DNA from: an uncultured Gemmatimonadales bacterium
Lineage (GTDB): Bacteria; Gemmatimonadota; Gemmatimonadetes; Longimicrobiales; Longimicrobiaceae
Direction of reading: 5' to 3'
Length of the DNA: 64,000 nt
Assembly (NCBI GenBank): GCA_963716255.1
Contig: OY970303.1
Span: 6,144,001 to 6,208,000 of the forward strand
Made by a program: the position numbers and the translations under genes. Under the pieces are notes generated by a model that ran no database searches, had not been told where the DNA came from, and was given only the letters and a program-made list of their open reading frames with translations. This document shows positions 1-9,603 of this stretch, piece by piece; position 1 is the stretch's first letter; every line of letters starts with the position of its first letter.

Positions 1-24
1 CCGTTGCAACCCTGTTCCCTCGCC

Positions 25-849
25 GTGAGGATCCTCTTCGTCGCCGACGTCATCGGGAGTCCCGGGCGCAAGGTCGCCAAGGGGCTCCTGCGGCTCGTAC
101 GCAAGGACGTGCGGGCGGACGCGGTGGTGCTCAACGGCGAGAACTCGGCGGGCGGGTTCGGGATCACGCCGGAGATCGTGCACGAGTTCCTGGAGATGGG
201 GGTGGACGTCATCACCACCGGGAACCACGTTTGGGACAAGATCAAGGAGCTGGAGCCGGTGCTCCGCGAGGGCAAGCTCCCCATCATCCGGCCGGCCAAC
301 TACCCGGCCGGGAACCCCGGGCGCGGCGCCGTGGTGGTGCAGGTGGGGGGCGTGCGGCTGGGGGTGATGAACCTGCAGGGACGTACCTTCATGCAGCCCA
401 TCGACGATCCCTTCCGCGGCGCCGACGTGCTGCTGGCCGAGCTCAAGGGGCACGCCGACGTGGTGGTGGTGGACTTCCACGCCGAGGCCACCAGCGAGAA
501 GCAGGCGTTCGCGCGCTACGTGGACGGGCGCGTGGCCGCGGTGGTGGGAACGCACACGCACGTGCAGACCGCCGACGAGCGCGTGCTCCCCAAGGGCACC
601 GCGTTCATCACCGACCTGGGGCTCACCGGCGGGCTGGACGGCATCATCGGCATGAAGTGGGAGATCTCCCTGGAGCGGCAGCTCACCCAGACGCGCGGCG
701 AGCGGATGCAGCCGGCCGACGGCGACCTGCACCTGCAGGGCGCGGTGGTGGAGTTGGACCCGCAGAGCGGAAAGGCGCGCTCCATCGAGCGAGTCAGCGT
801 GCCCTACGCGCGGGCGCTGGAAGGAATGTTCGGCAAACAGAGGACGTAG
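25..849 (+). CDS. ymdB: TIGR00282/YmdB family metallophosphoesterase
   Basis: Motifs ADVIG, NGENSAGG, TGNH, RPAN, DFHAEATSEK, GTHTH; GTG at 25 preferred as start. Confidence 0.9.
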   Translation: MRILFVADVIGSPGRKVAKGLLRLVRKDVRADAVVLNGENSAGGFGITPEIVHEFLEMGVDVITTGNHVWDKIKELEPVLREGKLPIIRPANYPAGNPGRGAVVVQVGGVRLGVMNLQGRTFMQPIDDPFRGADVLLAELKGHADVVVVDFHAEATSEKQAFARYVDGRVAAVVGTHTHVQTADERVLPKGTAFITDLGLTGGLDGIIGMKWEISLERQLTQTRGERMQPADGDLHLQGAVVELDPQSGKARSIERVSVPYARALEGMFGKQRT

Positions 850-877
850 GCGGCCCGCGGACGCCGGCGCGAACCCC

Positions 878-1007
878 GCGTGAGGGATTACGGCCCGAAG
901 GGGCGAGACCCAACAGCAGTATCGTTGGGGCTCGACTCCGTTGCAGACGGTCGTTTCGTCTGCTACGGAGCCGAAGCCCGACCCCGGCGCCAGCCGGGGG
1001 CACGCCC
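878..1007 (+). repeat. Dispersed ~130-nt structured intergenic element, copy 1
   Basis: GCGTGAGGGAT...GCCCGAAGGGGCGAGAC...CTCGACTCCG...CGGAGCCGAAGCCCGACCCC...GCACGCCC core shared with five other copies. Confidence 0.95.
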
Positions 1008-1047
1008 GAACCCTTCTGTTAAACCCGTTGTAGCCGGATCCGGTAGA

Positions 1048-1962
1048 ATGGCTCGCATCATCGACGGTACCGAGATCAGCCGGACCATCCGCGCGGAGGT
1101 CGCGGCCGAGGTCGCCCTGCTGCGCGCCGAGGGCGTGGTCCCGGGGCTGGCCGTGGTGCTGGTGGGCAACGATCCCGCCAGCGAGGTGTACGTCCGCAGC
1201 AAGGCGAAGGCGTGCCGCGAGGCGGGGATGCGGGACCGCACCCTGAAGCTCGCCAAGGACGCCACCGCCGACGAGCTGTACGGGGTGATCGACGGGCTCA
1301 ACGCCGACCCCGAGATCCACGGGATCCTGGTGCAGCTCCCCCTCCCGGCCCACCTCAACCCCAAGCCGTTCCTGGAGCGCATCCACCCCGCAAAGGACGT
1401 GGACGGCTTCCATCCCCTCAACGTGGGCCGCGCCTTCATCGCCGACCCGCGCGGCTTCGTCCCCGCCACTCCCGCGGGGATCATGGAGATGCTCCGCCGC
1501 GAGCAGGTCCCCACCCACGGCAGACACGCCGTCATCGTCGGGCGCAGCCTCATCGTCAGCAAGCCGCTGATGTCGCTGCTCATGGCGCCCGGCCCCAACG
1601 CCAGCGTCACCCTGGTGCACCGGCACACCCCGGACATCGCCCCCCACACCCGCATGGCGGACATCCTGGTGGTCGCCGTGGGAAAGCCCGGGCTGATCAC
1701 CGCGGAGATGGTGAAGCCCGGCGCCACGGTGATCGACGTGGGGATCTCGCGCGTCCCCGACCCCGCGGCCAGGAACGGCACCCGCGTGGTGGGCGACGTG
1801 GACTTCGAGGGTGTGTCGCGCGTGGCGGGGGCGATCACGCCGGTCCCCGGCGGCGTGGGTCCCATGACCATCACCATGCTCCTGCGCAACACCGTGGACG
1901 CGGCGAAGCGCGCCCACGCCGCGGCCGGGCGCAGGCGCGGGCGGCGGGCGGGGCGGCCGTGA
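1048..1962 (+). CDS. folD: Methylenetetrahydrofolate dehydrogenase/cyclohydrolase
   Basis: GILVQLPLP, KDVDGFHP, VIDVG, ITPVPGGVGPMT; ATG at 1048 (upstream part of the ORF-track call is the repeat). Confidence 0.96.
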   Translation: MARIIDGTEISRTIRAEVAAEVALLRAEGVVPGLAVVLVGNDPASEVYVRSKAKACREAGMRDRTLKLAKDATADELYGVIDGLNADPEIHGILVQLPLPAHLNPKPFLERIHPAKDVDGFHPLNVGRAFIADPRGFVPATPAGIMEMLRREQVPTHGRHAVIVGRSLIVSKPLMSLLMAPGPNASVTLVHRHTPDIAPHTRMADILVVAVGKPGLITAEMVKPGATVIDVGISRVPDPAARNGTRVVGDVDFEGVSRVAGAITPVPGGVGPMTITMLLRNTVDAAKRAHAAAGRRRGRRAGRP

Positions 1963-3209
1963 CCTGGGACCTGTTCTCGGCGGCGGACTCGGCGAGGAAC
2001 GAGGAGCTGGCGCGGGCCGTGGCGGCGGCGCAGGCGGACGCCGGCTTCCCCGGACTCCCCCGGGGGCGCGGCGCGGAGGAGTGGACGGTCTCCGCCCTCA
2101 ACGCCGCCGCGCGGGAGATGGTGGAAGGCGTCTTCCCGCCGCTGTGGGTCATGGGCGAGGTCGCCAACTTCACCCGCGCGCGCTCCGGCCACTGCTATTT
2201 CACCCTGCGCGACGCCGACGCCCAGCTCCGCTGCGTGATGTGGCGCGAGGAGGCGCGGCGCCTTCCCACCGCTCCCGCGGAGGGAATGCAGGTGCGCGCC
2301 CTGGGCCGCCTGACGCTGTACGAGTCGCGCGGCGAGTTCCAGCTGGTGGTGGCCGACCTGGACGCGCGCGGCGACGGGCTGTGGAAGCTGGCCTTCGACC
2401 GGCTGCGCGGCCGGCTGGACGCCGAGGGCCTCACCGCCCCGGAGCGGCGGCGGCCGGTCCCTCGCGCGCCCGCGTGCGTGGGCGTGGTCACCTCGCTCGC
2501 CGGGGCGGCGCTGCGCGACGTGCTCGCGGTGGTGCGGCGCCGCGCCCCGTGGACGCGGGTGGTGGTGGCCGGCTGCCGCGTGCAGGGCGAGGGCGCCGCG
2601 GAGGAGATCGCCGCGGCCATCCGCCGCTTCGGCGCGGCCGGGTGCGCCGACGTGCTGATCGTGGGGCGGGGCGGCGGGTCCATCGAGGACCTGTGGGCCT
2701 TCAACGAGGAGGTGGTGGCGCGCGCCATCGCCGAGTCGTCCGTGCCCGTGATCTCCGCCGTGGGCCACGAGACCGACACCACCATCGCCGACCTGGTGGC
2801 CGACCTGCGCGCCCCCACCCCCTCCGCCGCGGCGGAGGCCGCGGTGCCGGACGGCGCGCAGCTGCGCCGCGAGCTGCGGGGGCTCGGGGACCGCCTGGGC
2901 GCCGCCGCCGGGTCGCACCTCGCCGGCGCGCGGGACGAGGTCGCGGCGCTTCGCGCGCGCCTGGCCGGGGCGGGGGAGCGGGCGGTCCGCGCCCGCCGCG
3001 ACCGCCTGGCCGCCGCGGCCGGCAGGCTGCACGCGCTGTCGCCGGTGGGCGCGCTGGCGCGCGGCTTCGCCATTCCCAGCGGACCGGACGGGCGGCTCCT
3101 GCGCGGCGCGCGGGAGTTCGAGCCGGGCGCGCGGTTCACGCTCACGGTGGCCGACGGCTCCGTCCCCTGCCGGGTGGAGGGAAGCCCGGCCACTCCAGTG
3201 GAGACGTAA
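1959..3209 (+). CDS. xseA: Exodeoxyribonuclease VII large subunit
   Basis: SGHCYFTL, GRGGGSIEDLWAFN, SAVGHETD, ADLRAPTPSAAAE; GTGA overlap with folD. Confidence 0.95.
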   Translation: MTWDLFSAADSARNEELARAVAAAQADAGFPGLPRGRGAEEWTVSALNAAAREMVEGVFPPLWVMGEVANFTRARSGHCYFTLRDADAQLRCVMWREEARRLPTAPAEGMQVRALGRLTLYESRGEFQLVVADLDARGDGLWKLAFDRLRGRLDAEGLTAPERRRPVPRAPACVGVVTSLAGAALRDVLAVVRRRAPWTRVVVAGCRVQGEGAAEEIAAAIRRFGAAGCADVLIVGRGGGSIEDLWAFNEEVVARAIAESSVPVISAVGHETDTTIADLVADLRAPTPSAAAEAAVPDGAQLRRELRGLGDRLGAAAGSHLAGARDEVAALRARLAGAGERAVRARRDRLAAAAGRLHALSPVGALARGFAIPSGPDGRLLRGAREFEPGARFTLTVADGSVPCRVEGSPATPVET

Positions 3210-3215
3210 ACAAGG

Positions 3216-3470
3216 ATGCATCCCGAGAAGGACCCCGGCGCCGGCGCCGGGGACGAGACCCGCTTCGAGACGGCGATGGAGCGGCTGGAGGAGATCGTGG
3301 AGCGCATGGAGGGCGGTGCGCTGGAGCTGGACGAGGCGCTCGCCCTGTACGAGGAGGGAGTGCGCCTGCTGCGCGCCACCCGGGGGGTGCTGGACCGCTC
3401 CGAGGCCCGCGTCCACGAGCTGCTGGCCGACGGCGACGATGTCCGCCTGGACCCGTGGGACCCCGCGTGA
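3216..3470 (+). CDS. xseB: Exodeoxyribonuclease VII small subunit
   Basis: FETAMERLEEIV...LELDEALALYEEG; follows xseA. Confidence 0.95.
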   Translation: MHPEKDPGAGAGDETRFETAMERLEEIVERMEGGALELDEALALYEEGVRLLRATRGVLDRSEARVHELLADGDDVRLDPWDPA

Positions 3471-4405
3471 CCGCGCTCGCCGCCTCCGGCGGGGCGCGCG
3501 CCGCCTTTGACCTCCAGGCGTTCCTGGAGCGTGAAACCGCGCACGTGGAGCGCGCGTACGCCGGGGTGGCGGAACGCATCGTGCGGGACGTTCCCGACCC
3601 GCTCGCGGGGGCGCTGCGCTACGCGCTGGGGACGCGCGGCAAGCGGCTGCGCCCGGTGCTCTGCTGCGCCGCCTTCCGCGCGGTGGCGCACGCCGAGCCG
3701 GGGGAGGGCGTGTTCCGGCTGGCGTGCGCGGTGGAGCTGGTGCACACCTACTCGCTGGTGCACGACGACCTCCCCTGCATGGACGACGACGACGTGCGCC
3801 GCGGCCGTCCCACCGTGCACCGCCTGCACGGCCCCGCACTCGCCACGCTGGCGGGCGCGGCGCTCCTCCCGGGGGCCGCGGCGCTCGTGGACGAGGAGGC
3901 CGCCGCGCTGGGGCTGCCCCCCGCCGAGCGCGGCCGCCTGGTGGCGGAGCTGTGCGGCGCCGCCGGGGCGCTGGGGATGGTGGGCGGCCAGCTCCTGGAC
4001 CTGGAGGGCGAGGGCGCGGCGCTGGACGCCGCCTCGCTGGAGCGCATCCACCGGGCGAAGACCGGCGCGCTGCTGGCCGCCTCGCTGCGCATGGGCGCGC
4101 TGGCCGCGCGCGGCCGTCCGGAGCAGCTCGCCGCGCTCACCGAGTACGGCGAGGACCTGGGCCTCGCCTTCCAGATCGTGGACGACGTGCTGGACGTGGT
4201 GACGCCCTCCCACGCGCTGGGGAAGACGGCCGGCAAGGACGAGTCGTCGGGAAAGTCCACCTACCCCGCGCTCTTCGGGGTGGAGGGGGCGCGGCGCCTG
4301 GCCCGCGCGCGGGCGGACGACGCGCTGCAGGCGCTGGGGGAGGCGGCGATCCGCTCCCCCGAGCTGGAGGCGCTGGCGGCGTACGTGGTGGAGCGGGAAC
4401 GGTGA
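3467..4405 (+). CDS. ispA: Polyprenyl (farnesyl/geranylgeranyl) diphosphate synthase
   Basis: GKRLRP, HDDLPCMDDDDVRRG, GMVGGQ, KTGAL, FQIVDDVLD, GKTAGKD. Confidence 0.92.
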   Translation: MTALAASGGARAAFDLQAFLERETAHVERAYAGVAERIVRDVPDPLAGALRYALGTRGKRLRPVLCCAAFRAVAHAEPGEGVFRLACAVELVHTYSLVHDDLPCMDDDDVRRGRPTVHRLHGPALATLAGAALLPGAAALVDEEAAALGLPPAERGRLVAELCGAAGALGMVGGQLLDLEGEGAALDAASLERIHRAKTGALLAASLRMGALAARGRPEQLAALTEYGEDLGLAFQIVDDVLDVVTPSHALGKTAGKDESSGKSTYPALFGVEGARRLARARADDALQALGEAAIRSPELEALAAYVVERER

Positions 4406-4854
4406 GCGAGGCCCTGCGCCCGCTGGTCGCCTGGAACCCGCCGCTCGCGCTGGCGCTCCTGGCGATGCTGTCGGCGCAGGCGTTCAAGTTCCTTCGGGCG
4501 CTGGCGACGCGCCGGCGCGCGGACTTCACCCGGCTGGTGGGGACGGGCGGGATGCCGTCGGCGCACTCCGCCTCGGTGACGGCGCTGTCCACGGCCGTGG
4601 GGCTGGGCGAGGGATGGCACTCCACGATGTTCGGGGTGGCGGCGTTCTTCTCGCTGGTGGTGATGTACGACGCCACCGGGATCCGCCGCGCGGCGGGGAT
4701 GCAGGCCCGCATCCTCAACCGCATGTTGGAGGAAATGCACGATCTTCATAAATTGAAGCCCGAGCGGCTTTCCGAGCTTCTCGGCCACACGCCGCTCGAA
4801 GTCCTGGTCGGTGCCGTCTACGGAGCGCTGCTGGCGCTCGCGCTCCATCCCTAG
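4402..4854 (+). CDS. Divergent PAP2 family (DUF212) membrane protein
   Basis: GGMPSAHSA, VMYDATGIRRAAG, LGHTPLEV. Confidence 0.9.
   Translation: MSEALRPLVAWNPPLALALLAMLSAQAFKFLRALATRRRADFTRLVGTGGMPSAHSASVTALSTAVGLGEGWHSTMFGVAAFFSLVVMYDATGIRRAAGMQARILNRMLEEMHDLHKLKPERLSELLGHTPLEVLVGAVYGALLALALHP
4726..4754 (+). promoter_or_regulatory. Possible internal sigma70-type promoter upstream of dxs
   Basis: TTGGAG-N17-TAAATT in a local AT-rich patch within a GC-rich CDS. Confidence 0.35.
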
Positions 4855-4872
4855 AAGCCGAAGGAAAGGCCC

Positions 4873-6813
4873 GTGTCGATTCTCGACTCGATCCAGTCGC
4901 CCGCGGACGTCCGCGCGCTCCCCGAGGACCAGCTCGCCCCTCTCTCCGACGAGGTGCGCGCCCGGATCTTGGACATCGTGTCGGAGCACAAGGGGGCGCA
5001 CTTCGGCTCGAACCTGGGAACGGTGGAGCTGACCATTGCCCTGCACCGCGTCTTCGATACCCCGCGCGACCAGCTCATCTGGGACGTGGGGCACCAGGCG
5101 TACCCGCACAAGATCCTCACCGGCCGCAACGGCCGGATGCCCAGCATCCGCCGCCGCCACGGCCTGTCCGGCTTCCTGCGGCGCGACGAGTCGGAGTACG
5201 ACGTGTTCGGCGCCGGTCACGCGGCCACCTCCATCTCCGCCGCCTGCGGGATCGCCGCCGCGCGCGACCTGCGCGACGAGGACTTCGAGGTGATCGCCGT
5301 CATCGGCGACGGCTCCATGACGTGCGGCCTGGCGTACGAGGCGCTGAACAACGCGGGCGACACCGACCGCGACATGATCGTCGTCCTCAACGACAACCAG
5401 ATGTCCATCTCCCCCAACGTGGGGGCGCTCCACAAGTACCTGGGGATCCACAAGCGGCTCACCGACATCCGCACCTCGCCGCTGTACAACAAGGTGCGCG
5501 AGGAGGTCAAGCGGCTGGTTCACGCCGCCCCCCGCATGGGCACGCTGGGCGAGATGATGGAGCACTTCGCCATGCGCGCCGACGACGCGGTGAAGGGGAT
5601 GTTCGTGCCGGGGATGCTCTTCGAGGAGCTGGGCTTCCGCTACGTGGGCCCGGTGGACGGCCACGACGTGGACCAGCTGGTGGAGACCTTCCGGGGCGTG
5701 CGGGAGATGAAGGGCCCGCGCCTGGTGCACGTGGCCACCACCAAGGGCAAGGGCTTCGCCCCGGCGGAGGCGGACCAGGTGAAGTGGCACGCGGCCGCGC
5801 TCTTCGACAAGGAGACGGGCGCGCCGCTGAAGAAGTCGGCGGCGGGGCTGCCGCGCTACCAGAACGTGTTCGGCGAGGCGCTGACGGACCTCGCCCGCGA
5901 GCGGTCCGACGTGGTGGCGATCACCGCGGCCATGGCGACGGGAACGAGCACGGACGTGTTCGAGAAGGCGCACCCGGAGCGCTTCTTCGACGTGGGGATC
6001 GCGGAGGGGCACGCGGTGACCTTCGCGGCGGGGCTGGCGACGCAGGGGATCCGCCCGGTGGTGGCGATCTACTCCACCTTCCTCCAGCGCGCCTACGACT
6101 CCATCGTCCACGACGTGGCGCTCCAGGACCTGCCGGTGGTGTTCTGCATGGACCGCGCGGGGATCGCCGGCGACGACGGCCCCACGCACCACGGCGGCAT
6201 CGACATCGCCTACATGCTGGCGGTGCCGGGGATGACCATCACCGCGCCCAAGGACGGCGAGGAGATGATCGGGCTGCTGCGCGCGGGGATCGAGCATCAG
6301 GGGGGCCCCTTCGCCATCCGCTGGCCGCGCGACTCGGTGCCGGCGGCGGTGCGCCCCACGGCGGAGATCCCCGCGGTGCCGTACGGCACCTGGGAGACGC
6401 TGCGGCAGGGCCGCACGCTCGCCATCCTGGCCACCGGGAGCATGGTGCTGCCCGCGCTGGCGGCGGCGGACTCGCTGGCGGCGGAGGGCATCGCCGCGAC
6501 GGTGGTGAACGCGCGCTTCATCAAGCCGCTGGACGAGGACGCGCTGGCCCGCCTCTTCCCGGCGCACTCGCACGTGCTTACGGTGGAGGAGGGGACGGTG
6601 GCGAACGGCTTCGGGGCGTATGCGCGGGCGCGCATCGGCGAGGCGTGGCCGGAGGTGCGGGGGGCGTCGCTGGGGCTCCCGGACGCGTTCGTGGAGCACG
6701 GCGAGCGGGCGGAGCTCCTGGCGGAGGTGGGGCTGACGGCGGAGGGGATCGCGGAGCGCGCCCGGGTGCTGCTGGGCGGGGCGATTCGCAAGCCGCTGCG
6801 GGAGAGTGCCTGA
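4873..6813 (+). CDS. dxs: 1-deoxy-D-xylulose-5-phosphate synthase
   Basis: WDVGHQAYPHK, GDG..NDN TPP motif, DVGIAE, YSTFLQRAYD, DGPTH. Confidence 0.97.
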   Translation: MSILDSIQSPADVRALPEDQLAPLSDEVRARILDIVSEHKGAHFGSNLGTVELTIALHRVFDTPRDQLIWDVGHQAYPHKILTGRNGRMPSIRRRHGLSGFLRRDESEYDVFGAGHAATSISAACGIAAARDLRDEDFEVIAVIGDGSMTCGLAYEALNNAGDTDRDMIVVLNDNQMSISPNVGALHKYLGIHKRLTDIRTSPLYNKVREEVKRLVHAAPRMGTLGEMMEHFAMRADDAVKGMFVPGMLFEELGFRYVGPVDGHDVDQLVETFRGVREMKGPRLVHVATTKGKGFAPAEADQVKWHAAALFDKETGAPLKKSAAGLPRYQNVFGEALTDLARERSDVVAITAAMATGTSTDVFEKAHPERFFDVGIAEGHAVTFAAGLATQGIRPVVAIYSTFLQRAYDSIVHDVALQDLPVVFCMDRAGIAGDDGPTHHGGIDIAYMLAVPGMTITAPKDGEEMIGLLRAGIEHQGGPFAIRWPRDSVPAAVRPTAEIPAVPYGTWETLRQGRTLAILATGSMVLPALAAADSLAAEGIAATVVNARFIKPLDEDALARLFPAHSHVLTVEEGTVANGFGAYARARIGEAWPEVRGASLGLPDAFVEHGERAELLAEVGLTAEGIAERARVLLGGAIRKPLRESA

Positions 6814-7708
6814 GGTGGGGCCCGGCGCCCCCGCCGCGCGCGTGGGCGTCGTCGGGCATGCGCGATACGAGCAGCTGGAGGCCACCCTGGGGCGGGTCCG
6901 CGACTACGCGGAGCGCCGCGGGGTGGCCTTCCTTTTCGAGGAGGAGCTGCTGGAGTCGCCGGGGATGGCGGGCGCGGACGTTCTCCGCCCGGAGGACCTG
7001 CCGGACCTGGACCTGCTGCTGACGCTGGGCGGCGACGGGACGCTGCTGCGCGGGGCGCGCCAGGTGGCGCGGCACGGGACGCCGGTGCTGGGGGTCAACT
7101 TCGGGCACGTGGGCTTCCTGACCTCGGCGGCGCCGGAGGAGCTGGTCACCGCGCTGGACCAGGCGCTCTCGGGCGACATCTGGCTGGACGAGCGGATGAT
7201 GCTGGCGGTGCGGGCGGAGGCGCCGGACGGGACGCTGCGCGGCGAGTACCTGGCGGTGAACGACGTGGTGCTGCACAAGGGCGGGGTGGCGCGGATGATC
7301 CGGCTGGCGGTGCGGGCCAACGGGCACGAGGTGGGGAGCTACAGCGCGGACGGGATCATCCTGGCGACGCCCACGGGCTCCACGGCGTACTCGCTGTCGG
7401 CGGGCGGGCCCGTGGTCGCCCCCTCGGTGGACTGCATCATCGCGACGCCCATCTGCCCGCACACGCTGGCGGTGCGGCCGCTCGTGCTCCCGGCGGAGGA
7501 GACGGTGTCGGTGGACGTGCTGACGCCCTCCGGGGAGCTGCTGCTGACCATCGACGGGCAGGAGGACGCGCAGCTGGTGCCGGGGGACTGCGTGGTGGTG
7601 CGGAGGGCGCCGTGGCCGGTGCGGCTGGTGCGCTTCCCGGGGCAGACGTTCTTTTCGACGCTGCGGCGGAAGCTGGGGTGGGGGGACCTGGTGGAGCGGG
7701 CGCGGTAA
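6806..7708 (+). CDS. nadK: NAD(+) kinase
   Basis: LGGDGT, GVNFGHVGFL, AVND, DGIILATPTGSTAYSLSAGG, PICPH. Confidence 0.95.
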   Translation: MPEVGPGAPAARVGVVGHARYEQLEATLGRVRDYAERRGVAFLFEEELLESPGMAGADVLRPEDLPDLDLLLTLGGDGTLLRGARQVARHGTPVLGVNFGHVGFLTSAAPEELVTALDQALSGDIWLDERMMLAVRAEAPDGTLRGEYLAVNDVVLHKGGVARMIRLAVRANGHEVGSYSADGIILATPTGSTAYSLSAGGPVVAPSVDCIIATPICPHTLAVRPLVLPAEETVSVDVLTPSGELLLTIDGQEDAQLVPGDCVVVRRAPWPVRLVRFPGQTFFSTLRRKLGWGDLVERAR

Positions 7709-7779
7709 GGTCGAGGCTTTCGCACACATCACGTGCATCGGCTCAGGCGCCGGTGATGCACAACGTTCCTGAACGTTCA

Positions 7780-8269
7780 ATGATCCGCGCTTCGACGATT
7801 CTCCTTGCCGCCCTCGTGCTCACGAGGGCCGACCTTGGGGCGCAGCACCGGCAGTTCTCCCTGGAGCTGAATCCCATCCACGGCACTTTCGGCTATGGCT
7901 GGTCTGTCGCCCCGACTCGCCTGGTGGGTGTGGAGCTGGGCTTCGGCTTTCCGCAGCTGGATGGGACGCTCGCGCCCGCCGACGAGTCGTTCATCGACTT
8001 CCTGCACGTGGGTGCTCTTCGTGCGCTCGAACCCGACGAAGTCCGTCACGTTTGATGGTCACGCTCAACTCGGCTTCGCGGAGCTGCGCGGGTGCAGCGG
8101 GTGTCTTCCCGGTGTGTTCACCGCGGTGTCCGGTGCGGCGTTCCTCGGCGGTCGGCACCTGAAGGTGGGTCTGCGGCTGACCGCGGGATTTATCAAGGAA
8201 AGAAGCGATCCGTCATTCTTCGTGCTGAACCTCACACCCGTGGCGGTTCTGCTCAGCTACACGTGGTGA
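7780..8269 (+). pseudogene. Frameshifted exported, beta-barrel-like hypothetical protein
   Basis: Signal-peptide-like MIRASTILLAALVL; frame changes near 8011-8016 (HVG to LFVRSNP); ends in YTW. Confidence 0.5.
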
Positions 8270-8526
8270 GTGGCGGCGTGGAGCTCGCGGACTCAGTCTG
8301 TTACGGTTGGTGGGGAGCGAGCGCGGCAGCCACAAATCCAGTAGTTGGGCCTGCAACTCCTGCCTTCATGCAGAGTATCATCCCCAGGTCTCGCTCTTCG
8401 GTTTCGGCGCGCATCGTTCGTTCGGTTGCGATGGCCATGCTGGGTGGATGCGGTACTTCCCGCTCCACGCATCGCATCCGGGCATGACCGCTCGTCCGTA
8501 GCCTCACCGGTCTCCATCGCCACCCT

Positions 8527-9272
8527 TGGCTGGCTGCTCGGCGATATTCTGGAGCCCTACGGCCCGTATCAGACCTGTTTTGATCGCTTCGTGCGCTGGG
8601 GTTGAGACGGTTCCTGGCTGCGGCTTCTCCAGACCTTGTAAGCGGAGGCCGACGCACGAGGCGATCTGGACTGGGACAGCGCCGCGCTGGAGGCGACGCA
8701 TCAAGGCACACCGCACCTCTGCGGGAGCATGCAAGGCTCCGACGCGTGCGAAAAGGAGGGGCTCGTGAGCGACGAGTGGATCGGCCACTCGCGCGGCGGA
8801 CGTACGACGAAGATCCACCTCTGCGCCAACGGGAAGGCCCGTCCGCTGGCGATAGTGGTCACAGCCGGGCAACGCAACGACGCAACGCATATGGAGCCGG
8901 TTCTCGATGCCATCCATGTGCCTCAGCGCCGTGGTCCGACACGAAAGCGTGCGAAGCGGCTGCGGATGGATCGGGCGTACAGGGCGAGGAAGTCCCGCAA
9001 GGTGCTGTGTAAACGCCGCATTCAGTGCATCGGCCCCAAGCGAAAGGATGCCCGCAAGGCGCGCCTGTCCAAGGGATCGTGCGGGGGACGCCCTCCTGCC
9101 CTGGATGCCGAAGCGTACACGGGCAGGAACGTGGTCGAGCGCTGCATCAACCGGCTCAAGGACTTCCAAGCTGTGTCGACTCGCTACGACAAGCGCGGTC
9201 ACAACTACTTGGCTGGTGTCCTCGTCGCCTTGATCATGCTCTGGCTCTAATTTTTCGTCAGACACACCCTAG
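8527..9272 (+). mobile_element. IS5-family (IS427-like) insertion sequence remnant, 5'-truncated and decayed
   Basis: ORFA fragment YGPYQTCFDRFVRW with stops and a frameshift; ORFB GHSRGGRTTKIH, MDRAY, YTGRNVVERCINRLK, TRYDK; right end TCAGACACACCCTAG at 9258-9272; no matching left end found. Confidence 0.85.
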
Positions 9273-9522
9273 TGCTGGGACTGCGTTGTGGTTCGAGTAG
9301 GCGCCGTTGCCGCTGCGGCTAGTAAGGTTCCTGGGGTAGACGTCTTCTAGAGGCTGCGGCAGAAGCTGGCCAGGAGACCTAGTGGAGCGCGCGCATTGAC
9401 CCGTTGGTGGTCAATTCGAAAAGGTCGCATGAATTCTGGGCCCTCCAACCAGGCTCGGTAGGATTTGCGGCCAATGTAGAACGCTAATAAAGTTGTTGAG
9501 GGAGGAAACACTGTTCAAATGC

Positions 9523-9550
9523 TTGACCTTCTTATAAGGAAGTGTAACAT
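9523..9550 (+). promoter_or_regulatory. Possible sigma70 promoter of the RelA/SpoT-domain gene
   Basis: TTGACC-N16-TAACAT with a CTTATAAG palindrome in the spacer. Confidence 0.35.
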
Positions 9551-9603
9551 TCGGCCAACCATGCGCTAATTTTACCAAGGTTACCCACCAACACGAGACG
9601 AAA

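Noticed and set aside
880..1047. ORFs beginning MRD(F/Y)GPKGRDP, including an in-frame N-terminal extension of folD
   Set aside because: They are translations of the dispersed repeat; indels differ between copies and the changes preserve base pairing, not codons.
8504..9265. Minus-strand 253-aa ORF over the IS
   Set aside because: Antisense to the recognisable transposase frame.
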